A stretch of 63,628 bases of DNA, counting the filler, from Sphacelaria rigidula (taxonomy: Eukaryota), in assembly GCA_964200075.2 (NCBI GenBank). It is 6 parts of 6 records of this genome, joined end to end, with 100 filler letters (N's around TTAATTAATTAA, not from the genome) between each part and the next. Parts side by side here need not be neighbours in the genome. Positions count along the whole stretch, not along the records: positions 21,245 to 31,765 come from CAXNAA020006342.1; positions 31,866 to 42,386 come from CAXNAA020006343.1; 4 more parts are not named here. One strand, given 5' to 3'. A program made the position numbers and the translations under genes. Positions 25,004-36,635 of this stretch are shown here, in pieces. The notes under the pieces are model-generated. The model searched no databases. It was not told the DNA's origin and saw nothing but the letters and a program-made list of their open reading frames with translations. Each line of letters begins with the position of its first letter. Position 1 is the stretch's first letter.

Positions 25004-25290
25004 GCCGCGCCCTGGTGGTGTAATGGTCCGACTGTCGCCATGAAGGTGGAAAGAACAAGGGTTCGATTCCCGATGCGTTGGTCTTTTTCTTCGTAATATC
25101 TGATTTTCGCCGTGGAAAGAGTGAGAACGTGAGTAAACAAAGTAGGCGACTGAGTTTATTTTACCGTGAGTTGACGCTGTGCGGGAGTGCTGACTCACTC
25201 CGTGAGACCAAAATGCACGGCGTGTACAGGGGGGGAGATGGGATGATCCCTTGAGACCACGAACTCTTCCCGAGGGGGGGGGGGGGGGGG
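25004..25290 (+). mobile_element. tRNA-derived SINE, copy B
   Basis: GCCGCGCCCTGGTGGTGTAATGG...GGTTCGATTCC; body collinear with copies A and C. Confidence 0.85.
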
Positions 25291-26102
25291 CCCGCGGGGG
25301 CAAACGCCAAATGGGCGGACGGAGGCGCAATTGGGTTGGAGATGGGAGGATTATGTTTTGAGAANNNNNNNNNNGAGGGGCGTCCGGGGGGGGCGGTTGC
25401 TTGGGCACCGTGAGCTGTGAGACGTGTGCAGGGGGGGGGGGGGGGTCCAAAGTGTGACAAAGCCAAATGTGGACAGTGAGCAGGAATTTGGTTTGAAATT
25501 GGTATATTTAGTTTTAGAACAACTTAAAGGCCGCTGCTTGGCCGACGTACGTTTTCACCATTCGCACCACCCGTATTGGCCTTAACTATATCCGGCTGCG
25601 TCACCCTCTTCAGTAGTCCATGGCGGTCGGTATGGTGCCATGTTCCGACCATTGGATAGACACCGCGAAAGGCATTCGCTGATGAAAAAAAATTGGGGGT
25701 TCACCCCGAACCAGCCTGTATCCGATTTGCTGGACGATATTTTTTTGATGTGTCACGTTGTTGCTCAAATCGAGGCGATATCGAGAATGTTGACACAAAA
25801 TAAATCTGGGCTCCAAATCTGCCCTTCGTGCACACATACTCGAATTCATCTCAATTTGGGCTTTCCGTGTAGAATATGTTTTGTTTCTTGCCTCCTTCTG
25901 CGGGCTGTTTGAGTTATGGGTATGGGTGGTGTGCTCCTTGCACTCTGTGACCACGGGTTTGAGAGGTCGAGCTAATGTGGCGGATATAATAATAATGATG
26001 ATGATAATTGAGCATTGACATGAAACATAAATTATTAACGTCCAGAGAATGTGGGAATTAATATACTTTCCTCACTGCACTCCCAGGAACATTGCCCAAC
26101 GG

Positions 26103-26432
26103 ATTTTTTCCCTTACTTCTAATATCTCCCCTTCCCCAGGACAAGTCCGTGGTCTCAAGGGATCAAGCCATCTCTCTCTCGGCACACGCCTCACATTTTG
26201 GTGTCATCACGGGTTGGATGATGACCACTCCCTCACTGCGTCTACTGTCGTCGAACAAACTCAGCCAAGCAGGATCTTCTCCTAATCATGTTCTCACGCC
26301 TTCAACGACAGGAAATCAGATACTGCAGAGAAGAGAGTCAAACTAGACGATCTGATGGGAATCGAACCTGCGTTTTCTGCGCCCTGATGGTGTCAGCTGT
26401 GCCAGTTCAATTTAGATCACCGGACCGCGGCT
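26103..26432 (-). mobile_element. tRNA-derived SINE, diverged copy D
   Basis: Reverse complement carries B box GGTTCGATTCC and the body block GATCCCTTGAGACCACGGAC; T-tract at the left end. Confidence 0.75.
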
Positions 26433-26842
26433 GCAAACCGGGGCTCGAGACCTCAATCTGCGGGCGACTATCGCCTCCAGACAGGTTGAAAGTCCCCAGA
26501 GTTGAACGAGAGTAAATTGGTTGCTATTAATACATGATCTGAGGGCTTAATTTCTTTTGCCACGCCGTATTGCTAGTCAGCACTGGGGGAGTGAACACCA
26601 AGCTAGCGACAAACTCCCACCTTCTCTCGTCCCAGATCGTGCCGTCCTGCGCCAACACGTCGACCAGAAATTTACCCCGAGTCAAATGGCTATCGTCAAT
26701 ATGGGCCATGCCCTGTGGGTCCCGTAGCTTTCCCTGGGTCCCGTAGTTTTCCCTGATAGAATGAGGTGAAATGTGCAGATTCTAGTTCGGAAGTCCCATG
26801 ACATTCACTATTATCCATTAAAATACGGAGGAATTGAAACGA

Positions 26843-27180
26843 TTTTTTTTTTATTCGCAAATACAACCCCTCCCTTTTCTCGGCACGAGTTTGTGATTTC
26901 AAGTGATGATCTCATGTCTCCCCCGGTGCACGCCTCCTTACATTTCGGTCCCGCGGACTGGATGATGACCATCGGCACTGCCGCACCGCGTCGACTTTCG
27001 TCGCACCAGAAACTCAGCCAACGAGTATTTTTGTCACTCGTGTCCTCACGCTTCCAACGTCAGAAACAAGATGCTTTGAAGAAATAAACCCAATCGCATT
27101 TGGCAGGGATTGAACCTGTGCCCTTTCCATCGTAATGATGTCAGTTGGACGATTTAATTTAGACTACCAGGGCGCGGCGG
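26843..27180 (-). mobile_element. tRNA-derived SINE, diverged copy E
   Basis: Reverse complement begins GCCGCGCCCTGGTAGTCTAA...GGTTCAATCC; poly(T) on the plus strand at 26843. Confidence 0.7.
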
Positions 27181-28121
27181 CTCTACGAAGAGAAAAGTGG
27201 CAGGCGCAGCACCTGTCCGACATTCCTGCAGCATTATTGGGTGACTTTTGTAGGCAAAGATGGCCTCTAGATGCGTAAGGGAGATTAGAGATGGTGGTGA
27301 AACATTCTAAGGATTTCATCAGTAGGGAGGTCTGTTTACCAAATGGTCAGAAACTATGGGTGGTCGTTTAGATGAGGTGCCGACATCCCTAATACTAGCC
27401 CAAGCCCTCAGCCCGACCGAGGCATAATAGAGCCCTCGGGCACGGGGGGTGCCGAGAGAGCCCTAGGCAAAGCGTGCGCTGGCAGACCTCGCGATTTGAA
27501 CAAGAGCGCGTTCTGGGCAGCCCCTCTGAAGGCGCGAACATCAGTATTCCTACTAAAATCAAGTAAAAACCGTTGTATCCTACCATTTCATAAACTCTGT
27601 TTTCAGTAGGCGTACACCAGTATTTTGCCATGTTCAAGAGAGGAAAGTGCGCACGTGTTTGTTTCTGCATCGTTCTACCCTTGTGTGCTCACGTCTTCGC
27701 ACATGTATGGCCACATGTGCTGGGTGGCGTGATCACCCGAAGCGTTATCAGTTGCTGTGCCGCAATGGTGAATATGTCGCTGGTCGTGGCTTGTGTGCAC
27801 GAATAGCTATGATGCGCGGCACGCGCGTGGCAGCATCTTGTATGTAGACCCTGCATCTTTACCAATAATAACTGGTTTGAACACTAGAAAAACCTTGTCC
27901 CATGTGGCGTTCAGTTGTACTCCCGGCGGTAAAAGGAGACAGTCAGGGTTTGTAGTCTAGACGTGGGGTTACACGAGATCGTCAGCGAATTGCTTCAAGT
28001 TCGATGTCAAGAGATGAGCAGCTTTTACTCGGTTTGTCATCAGCTGTTACTAGCATGAAAACGTTTCCTCAACGGACGCTTGTAGGACTTTCCCCTTCCA
28101 TGTGGTGGTACCCACAGCCCC

Positions 28122-28153
<32 letters not shown>

Positions 28154-28270
28154 CCCCCCCGCGCCACATCCTCCGACACCGGAAGNNNNNNNNNNGGTTT
28201 GTGATAAAGTGTTCTTATGAAGAAACGTTTTCCTTAACGGACGCTTTGTGGGTTTCCCCCTCCCTTGTGG

Positions 28271-28305
<35 letters not shown>

Positions 28306-29199
28306 TTCATGAGCCTCTTCGTACGTCCTTTTAACGAGAAGAGGCTTCTAGGGTTAGCTTCTTTCGACGGCTAGCGGTGAGGATATACAACTTTTTTCAA
28401 ATGCCTGCCATGTGTGATACGTCCCCAAGCTAACAATTTCTACAGAACTCTTCTCGTGAGTCTAAGACTTCAGCGTCGAAGTCACGCACAAGCTGTCTAG
28501 TCTCAAGCCTTTTTTCTGACTTTTTCGTCCCTGCTTAACTTTTTTTCGTCGGTTTGCGGTGGGAGCCGAGACTCGAACCCGGGATCTTCCGTTCCGTGAA
28601 CGGTACGAGTGATGTCATGGTGTCGCCAATGTGGAAAGGTGATTCCTCGGCGGACGCTTGTGGAATTTTCCAATTTCTATGTGGTGATCCCCACGCTACT
28701 AATACATACGTGTGTTATTTGTCCATGCCTGTGTTTTCTGTTCCTCTTGTTCGGCGACAGGTCGTCATTCGACAGCGAAGGCATTCGATTCTACGTGCGG
28801 TGTTGGTCTGCTTCTTGCTGACCCTCCTGTTCTACATGCTAGATGCCAAACACCCGAAGGTTCGTCATTGATCAAGGCCCACCTTGGTGAATCGCTACTA
28901 CCCTGTAGCAGTCGGCGAATGCCGTTCATATAGAATAGACCTACCCCCAGCTGCAGCGGACGCTGAGGTCACCAAGGAAAATTCGTGGAGAGTGATTCTA
29001 CGGTAGAGGTGCACGCTTTGGCTCAGTTTGTTTCTGAGGCTGCACCCTAAGGCCCAGATGTTCGTCATCGAAAGTCTCCTAAAGTGCAGAGCCTCAGAAA
29101 AACAATCTGCACCCTCACCATAGAATCACTCTGAATACTCCCTGAGCCACAGAATTTCGAAGTGGGTTTTATATCGGAGAGTTGTATGATTTGGTACCC

Positions 29200-29480
29200 T
29201 CCGTTCGGTATAATGATGCTCACGAATTGCCTAGATTTGCTGACTGCCATCACCTGTCTGGCCCCCACACCATTTTGGCCATTAACCAGTAACTGCAACT
29301 CTTGTATTCTTGAAGCAGGGACTCATAGCCGAGATAGTCGTCACCCTGGCCGAGGGTCCTACATTACTTTGAAATCTCTCGCTTCGCTTGCGTTCGCATG
29401 CTCCTGTCCGTTTTCCCCCAACACTTGTCTTTCCAACGCGATGGAACAGTCGTCTTTGTATTGTACCCGACATGCCGTGA
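29200..29480 (-). mobile_element. Possible DIRS/Ngaro-type reverse transcriptase remnant
   Basis: Minus frame reads YKDDCSIALE...ASEARDFKVM*DPRPG*RLS...VPASRIQELQLLV: a YxDD-like motif followed by a segment resembling the post-RT 'xP..+l..L..ll' region of tyrosine-recombinase retroelements. In-frame stops are present. Confidence 0.4.
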
Positions 29481-29859
29481 TGCCGGACAACGAGCTGGAG
29501 GCCCTGGAGGGGCTTCACGTGGAGGACATCGACTGCAGCTTGACGGTTCGCCCCACGAGAACGGCTCTTGATCTCACGTTTTTTGAAGAGGTACTATGCG
29601 GCCGTGTGATGCCCGCCCCGCTGAGCCGCCCGATGATCGGGAGCTCAAACAGCTTCCTGGTCCGTTTAATTTTTGTCGATTGGCTGTACCGTTACTGCGG
29701 CTGCTGCTCTGCTTCACCTGACCATGAAACTCAGTTTGGTCACGCGTGACGTCATGGTGACTGGCGCCTTCCCGCTTGTATACGATACTTACGGCAGCCA
29801 CAACGCAAGAACCTCATATCTCAGGCTTGCTTTGCCTTCCCTCCCCCCGCGCACCCTTT

Positions 29860-30365
29860 TCAGGGATGACGCCGGTTGGCAACGACGCTGTAAAACACGC
29901 CGCTCGCTGCGAAGCCTGGCGACCAGGCTGCCGTTTTTTTCTCGCTTACCTTTTTTTTTGCGGTGCCTATGATGGTGGCCGAGCTAGATCATGTTGTGCG
30001 TGGTGGAGAAACCGAACTGTGCGTCAGGGGGATGATTGCACTGCCTAGTATTCATATGGTGAGACACCGATGAGGCGGTGTGGAACCGGTTACTGTCTCT
30101 TGATGTGGCGATACCAGAAAATGAAGCAACTCATTGGAGGCTGTCATTAATATCCAAGATAATCAATACGCTTCGGCACGAACAATCTTAGCGGGATGTA
30201 GCTCGGACTTCACGCGACTTGTTGAGCACATCACGGCGCTTCCTGCTTGGTGATTGAGTGCGAGCCTGGTCCGACGAAAACCCGGCGTGCTCCGTCCCGG
30301 CTTTGAACGGCATGTGAGGTCAAAGGTCTTATGACTATGGTATGCGAGATCCAGAGTACACCCCG
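29860..30365 (+). repeat. ~500-bp dispersed repeat family, full-length copy
   Basis: Collinear with 61110-61615 from CAGGG..G.CG.CGGT..GCAACGACGCTGTAAAA to GAGTACACCCC. Confidence 0.85.
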
Positions 30366-31765
30366 ATACACACACACACCCCACCGTCTCATTCGTTTTT
30401 TTCGTCCGCATATCCGCGTGCTCCAGATACCTTACAGCTTCGAGATTGCGTCGGCACACCTCACAAGGCCTCCTAAGCGCCCTCCAGACTCCTGCCGACA
30501 CAAGTGCGCGGGAAACACTGATGGATGCTCTTGTAGAGACCACGGAAAGGCCCCAAGAGCGCCAAAACAGCCTGTCCGGCGAAATGCACGGGGTCTCTAT
30601 GAGAGCGGGGAAGCTGGCGGGGAAGGGAGTGGGGGCGCGCCGAAGCGACGAGACGGTCGAGGTCTTGAGCCGGAGCAGGAAGGGGACGTAGCAGCCGGAC
30701 ATGAGGGAGGTAAAGAGCACCACTCTGTGCACTGGGGGGTGAAAGATGTGGCGACGCTTGTGCTGGAGGATAACATGGGCAACACATACGAGTTTTACAC
30801 GTTTCAGGTGTGTGAGGGTCACGTAGTTCTTGGTGTGTCCACTGTTGTAGGTGGGCGTCGTGTGTAGCATGTGTAGTTCATGCCCGCTTCGTGTTTGGTT
30901 TGCGGCGCGACCGATCCTGCGGGTGGGCATATAGCTACCGGCGCGGCATGGCACCCTCACCCTTACCGCAGCTGTAGCCTTCATCCACGGGACTGTACCC
31001 GGTGCGCTCCGAGTGCGAAACATGCGGCGCATCTCCGAGAACTTGCGCCCTCCAAACATTGGCTATTAGTGTTGGGATATCCACTCAACCCGAAGTCCAG
31101 ACTTGTTGAGACCCTCTCTTTTGCAAGCCCCCAACGCTCCTTCACGGCCCGGCACCAAGAATATTCCACGTCACTGTGATTCTTACATACTGGGGGGGAG
31201 CGGGTATTTACGTACTTTTTTTCAGACCTGCCTTGCGTCCGACAAAATTTCGGATTTTTTTCCCCGAGCCAGCCTGTATCAGGTCAGTTGTTTCCCCTCA
31301 TACACACATCGGTTTGTAACTTTCGCTCAGCTCTCCCCAGCGCTGTTTCCTGTTCATGTGCCACGCAGTTCTGGTTTCCGCTCTTTCTTTTTTCTCCTCC
31401 ACTTCGGGCTTTCGATCTATTTTATTCTATTTTATATTCCGTCATGTTTGTTGTCCTCTTCGTTTTCTCTCATGAGTCTGCCGTAGCAGCGTTTGTGTCC
31501 CCCTCGCGGAGTTGGCGACTGAGAACTACTGCCTAACAGTACGGTCTTGAGACAGCTGAGTCGCGATCTGCTCCGGAAAACCTCGCTGTTTGGGTATCTT
31601 CTTTATCCCTCGTAGAGACCTATGGTGGTTTCTTCTCGGGACCTGCACTGGTTCTCAACCTTGAATCTACGACACTTTCTACGATATTCCCCCCCCCCCC
31701 CCCCCCCCCCCCTACTCCTCCTGCTATTTCGTTGCCGCCCCCTACTCTCACACGCCCACACCACC

Positions 31766-31865
31766 NNNNNNNNNNNNNNNNNNNNNNNNNNNNNNNNNNN
31801 NNNNNNNNNTTAATTAATTAANNNNNNNNNNNNNNNNNNNNNNNNNNNNNNNNNNNNNNNNNNNN
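31766..31865. other. Artificial contig spacer
   Basis: N44-TTAATTAATTAA-N44. Confidence 0.98.
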
Positions 31866-34323
31866 GTAGAGGAACAGGAGCAGGAGCAGGAGCAGGAGCC
31901 CACGACTACAGTAGAGGAAGAGGAAGAGCAAGAGCCGGAAGAGCAGGAGCAGGAGCAGGAGCAGGAGCCTACAACAACAGGAGAAGAAGAGGAAGAACAA
32001 GAGTGGGAAGAACAGCAGGAGCAGGAGCCCACAACAACAGGAGGGGAAGAGGAAGAGTTGGAAGAACAGCAGGAGCAGGAGCCTACGACAACGGGAGAAG
32101 AAGAGGAAGAACAAGAGTGGGAAGAACAGCAAGAACAGCAAGAACAGGCATCTACAACAACAGGAGAAGAAGAGGAAGAACAAGAGTCGGAAGAACAAGA
32201 GCAGGCGTCTACAACAACAGGAGAAGAAGAGGAAGAACAAGAGTGGGAGGAACAACAAGAGCAGGCGTCTACAACAACAGGGGAAGAAGAGGAAGAACAA
32301 GAGTGGGAGGAACAGCAAGAGCAGGCGTCTACAACAACAGGAGAAGAAGAGGAAGAACAAGAGTGGGAGGAACAGCAAGAGCAGGCGTCTACAACAACAG
32401 GAGGGGAAGAGGAAGAACAAGGGTCACAAGAACAGCAAGAGCAGGAGCCCACAACAACAGGGGGGGAGGAAGAACAAGAGTGGGAAGAACAACAAGAGCA
32501 GGAGCTTACAACAACAGGAGAGGAGGAGGAAGAGCAAGAGTGGGAAGAAGAACAAGAGCAGGAGCCCACAACAACAGCAGAGGAAGAGGAGGAACAAGGG
32601 TCGGAAGAACAGCAAGAACAGGAGCAGATGATCACATCCACAACAGGAGAGGAGGGGGGAGAAGAACAGTTGGGAGAACAGCAAGAGCAAGAGCAGGAGC
32701 AATTGCAAGAGCAAGAGCAAAACGAGACCGGCGCTTCGTCTACGCAACAAGCCTCGATGTCGGCAACTGGAGAAGAGGGAGAAGATGGTGGAGACGGCGA
32801 GACCACATCGTCTACGGAGCAAGGGTCGACATCAACAGATGGGGGAGTCGAGCAAGAGCAAGAGCAAGAGCAAAACGAGACCGGCGCTTCGTCTACTCAA
32901 GAAGTCTCGATGTCGGCGACTGGAGAAGAGGGAGAAGATGGTGGAGACGGCGAGACCACATCGTCTACGGAGCAAGGGTCGACGTCAACAGATGGGGGAG
33001 TCGAGCAAGAGCAAGAGCAAGAACAGGAGCAAAACGAGACCGGCGCTTCGTCTACTCAAGAAGCCTCAATGTCGACGACTGGAGAAGGAGAAGATGGTGG
33101 AGACGGCGAGACCACATCGTCTACGGAACAAAGGTCGACATCAACAGATGGGGGAGTCGAGCAAGAGCAAGAACAAGAGCAGGAGCAAAACGAGACTAGC
33201 GCTTCGTCTACTCAAGAAGCCTCGATGTCGGCAACTGGTGAAGAGGGAGAAGATGGTGGAGACGGCGAGACCACATCGTCTACGGAGCAAGGGTCGACGT
33301 CAACAGATGGGGGAGTCGAGCAAGAGCAAGAGCAAGAACAGGAGCAAAACGAGACCGGCGCTTCGTCTACTCAAGAAGCCTCAATGTCGGCGACTGCAGA
33401 AGAGGGAGAGTATGGTGGAGACGGCGAGACCACATCATCTACGGAGCAAGGGTCAACGTCAACAGATGGGGGAGTCGAGCAAGAGCAAGAGCAAGAACAG
33501 GAGCAAAACGAGACCGGCGCTTCGTCTACTCAAGAAGCCTCAATGTCGACTGGAGAAGAGGGAGAAGATGGTGGAGACGGCGAGACCACATCATCTACCG
33601 AGCAAGGGTCATCATCAACAGATGGAGAAGTCGAGCAAGAAGTTGACGACCTTGCCTCCTCATCTCAAGGAGAAGGGTCCGCATCAATGATCGAAGAAGA
33701 AAATGATGAGGGTAGTGACGACGCAGGCGTGCAGAGTGATGGTGATGATGAGGGTAGTGATGGTACAGATGGTCAGAGTGACGCTGATGATGAGGATGGT
33801 GATGGCACGGATGGTCAGAGTGATGGTGATGATAATGAGGGTAGTGATGGTACGGATGGTCAAAGTGATGGTGATGATGGGGGAAGCGATGGCACGGATG
33901 GTCAGAGTGATGGTGTTGATGATGAGGGTAGTGATGGCACGGATGGTCAGAGTGATGGTGTTGATGATGAGGGTAGTGATGGCACGGATGGTCAGAGTGA
34001 CGCTGACGATGAGGGTAGTGATGGCACGGATGGTCAGAGTGATGGTGACGATGATGAGGGTAGCGATGGCACGGATGGTCAAAGTGATGGTGACGATGAG
34101 GGTAGCGAGGGCACGGATGGTCAGAGTGACGCTGACGATGAGGGTAGTGATGGTACGGATGGTCAGAGTGATGGTGATGATGAGGGTAGCGATGGCACGG
34201 ATGGCCAAGAGTGACGCTGACGATGAGCATAATGCTGGTGCGGACGACGACTCCGGACTCATCTCGCATGACTACGGCGATCAGAGTGGTGGAGAAAGTG
34301 ACGGTGGCCATTACGACGCCTAG
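31866..34323 (+). CDS. 3' part of a highly acidic E/Q/T/D/G/S-rich tandem-repeat protein, 5' end truncated by the contig edge
   Basis: Frame is open from the first base of the contig (GTA GAG GAA CAG) to the TGA ending at 34214; repeat variation is in whole codons. An extra base at ~34209 separates a compositionally matching tail, SDADDEH...GGHYDA*, ending at 34323. Confidence 0.85.
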
Positions 34324-36124
34324 ATATTTCTGTAACTACTGCTGTATTTTGTGACAGTATTCGTCTCACCCGTCACCCACGTGCGGCGCATTCCGTGCAG
34401 ATCGACAAAATTATTACGGGGAATCCCGTCTGTATTGTACTACTTGTTCGGGTTCAGATTGCAGGCGGCCATGACTTGACTGCATAGATGTACACCACAT
34501 CCATGGAAGCATGCAGGTGTTGAGGTCATGGGGGCATTTCACTGTCCCTCTTTTGTGCGTGTACCAATCGCGATCATATTTCGGTGATCTTTCGAGGTAG
34601 TGTACTGTTGTAAATTTTGTTTCTTGTGCAAGGGTGCCGACTACAAAGGTCATTTTAGTAGGGGAGTCTTGTGAATATGTTACGAGTACCGACTTGTGGA
34701 TATGTAACCAGGGTTTGAGGGTGGGGTCTCGATGTACAAGTTGCGGTACACCCCAGAATCAGCAATGCTCGATCTCTGGAGTGATGGATAACTAGACTAT
34801 CTCGCTTTCAATATGAGCATGTTGTTGTACCGATGCTCGTAGTGATGACATGGACTCTAAGGCGTATGCACGCCACGTTTCGGCGGAATTGCGGGTCAAT
34901 AGATAGGGCAGCGGTCAAGGAGGAGTGGGCGGCAAGAGGGCGTACTCGCGGGTTGGGAAGTGCACCCATGATTCCATATTATGGGGGGGGGGGGGGGGGG
35001 ATTCCTTATGTGCAGTAGATGCGGTTTTCGTGTGCCGTATATATGCTACTCTGGTCGCCCATCTTGTGTTGTTGAGCAGTAGTGTCGTGTAAGCGTTTCA
35101 AAACATATATGCCACTGTGACCGTCCATCTTGTCTGAGTGCTTGTGTTAGTGGGGGCTGTAGTGTCGTGTAAGCGCTACGAAAAGTATGTGCTACTGTGG
35201 CCGACCATCTTGGTTGAGTGCGTGTGCTATCGTTTGTTTTGTCGTGCAACAGTAGAGTGTTGTCCTATGTATTGTCCGTTGTGTACAACAGTATATTTAT
35301 ACGCACGTATCATCGTGTTCCACCATCTAGCTGTGTCCCGTGTAGTATTCTTGCCGTCGCGTTTCGTGCTTGTGCAAGTGAAAAGGGTTTTGGTTCGCGA
35401 GTAAATCGTATTTTGAATCTCCTGTGACCATGAGCAACGGGGAACTCTCGTGCTCGCCTCGATCGCCAACTGCGCAACAGTGAAGTTGTGAGAGAGGGAT
35501 CGCAGGATTGTTGTTATCTTCCAATAATGATGCTCCTCCGAGGGCGCGAGTGTAGCATCGTATGTTTTTTATGTAGAGCTAATCGCATTTGTGCTGTGAC
35601 ATTTCGAGTTCACTCCTCGAAACAGTGTCGTGCGTTTTTATTCATGTTTCTTGATTAGGGGGAGTAGGGGGGAGGGGGGGAGGGCATGGAGGGTGTTTTT
35701 TTCAGGTTCGAGGGTGAACATTTCGGTTGCACTCCATAACGCTAACGATTATGTCGAGAGCACTCGAAAGTACTCTTGTGTTCGCCTCGATCGCAGGATC
35801 GTGCACGTTTTCCACTATGAAATGATACTTCTCCGAGGAAGCGAGTACAGCGTCGAATGTTAGGAGGGCATGTATGGTTGTTTCGGTCAGCATGATTACT
35901 GGCAAATGGTTCGAGCGCGAATGTTTCGATGTCCGGCATCTAGCTTGAAAGCGAGGAATGTTATTATGTATTACTGAGAAGTAAAATATAAATATACCGT
36001 TGGATTCAAGACCGTCCGAGACAATAAGATGATTTTGACGGACGCTGCTGTTTATCCGTCGTTAGACTTGGGGCATAAACGTCGCAGCGCGCGCGACCGC
36101 ACTCTCACCCGTCCCGAAGATATC

Positions 36125-36635
36125 GCTTGGGGTGTCCTCATAGTCTCGCATGCCGTAGTCATGAGACCATTGACTTCGCACCCCTACGAAGCCAGGACGG
36201 AGCCCGCCGGACTTCGCCGGACCAGACTCACAATCAATCACCGAGCGCGAACCGTCGTCATGTATTTGCCGAGGCGCATGAGGGGTGAGCTGCATCCTGC
36301 TAAGATTGTTCGACCCGAAGCGTACTAATTTTCTTGTCATGGATGGCAGCCTCGAATGAGTTTCATTTCCTGGACTTCCGGAGAGAGCCACAGCTTGCGT
36401 TGCGTCATGGGTGTAATGCGTGAGAGGACCGCGGGCTTAGAGGACCGCATCGGAATTTGAACATCCCCATGGTCAGGGTTAGGGTCAGGGTTAGTGTTGG
36501 GGTTAAAGTCAGGGACGTCGTACCTGCAGGTATTGGCCCGATTGATTTTAAAAAACGTCGATCCTAAGGTGTTTTGAACTACGGCGCGGTCCTCTAAGCA
36601 CGCGGTCCTCTCACGCATTACAATGGGTGTCTAAC
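36125..36635 (-). repeat. ~500-bp dispersed repeat family, partial inverted copy interrupted by a MITE
   Basis: Reverse complement contains TACGCTTCGG.TCGAACAATCTTAGCAGGATGCAGCTCACCCC and CCAGGAAATGAAACTCATTCGAGGCTG. Confidence 0.8.
36412..36622. mobile_element. 211-bp MITE with TGT..ACA ends, 37-bp TIRs, 5-bp TSD and internal telomere-like repeats
   Basis: TIR TGTAATGCGTGAGAGGACCGCG(G/T)GCTTAGAGGACCGC with 1 mismatch; ATGGG at 36407-36411 and 36623-36627; internal GGTCAGGGTTAGGGTCAGGGTTAGTGTTGGGGTTAAAGTCAGGG. Confidence 0.93.

Noticed and set aside
28555..28630. Minus-strand B-box-like GGTTCGAGTC with T-arm
   Set aside because: No recognisable A box or cloverleaf; at most a tRNA-derived fragment.
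31814..34311. Long Ser/Cys-, Leu/Phe-, Arg-, Met/Val- and His-rich ORFs overlapping the acidic gene
   Set aside because: Shadow frames of the same tandem repeats. The E/D-rich frame is the only one open across all three modules.
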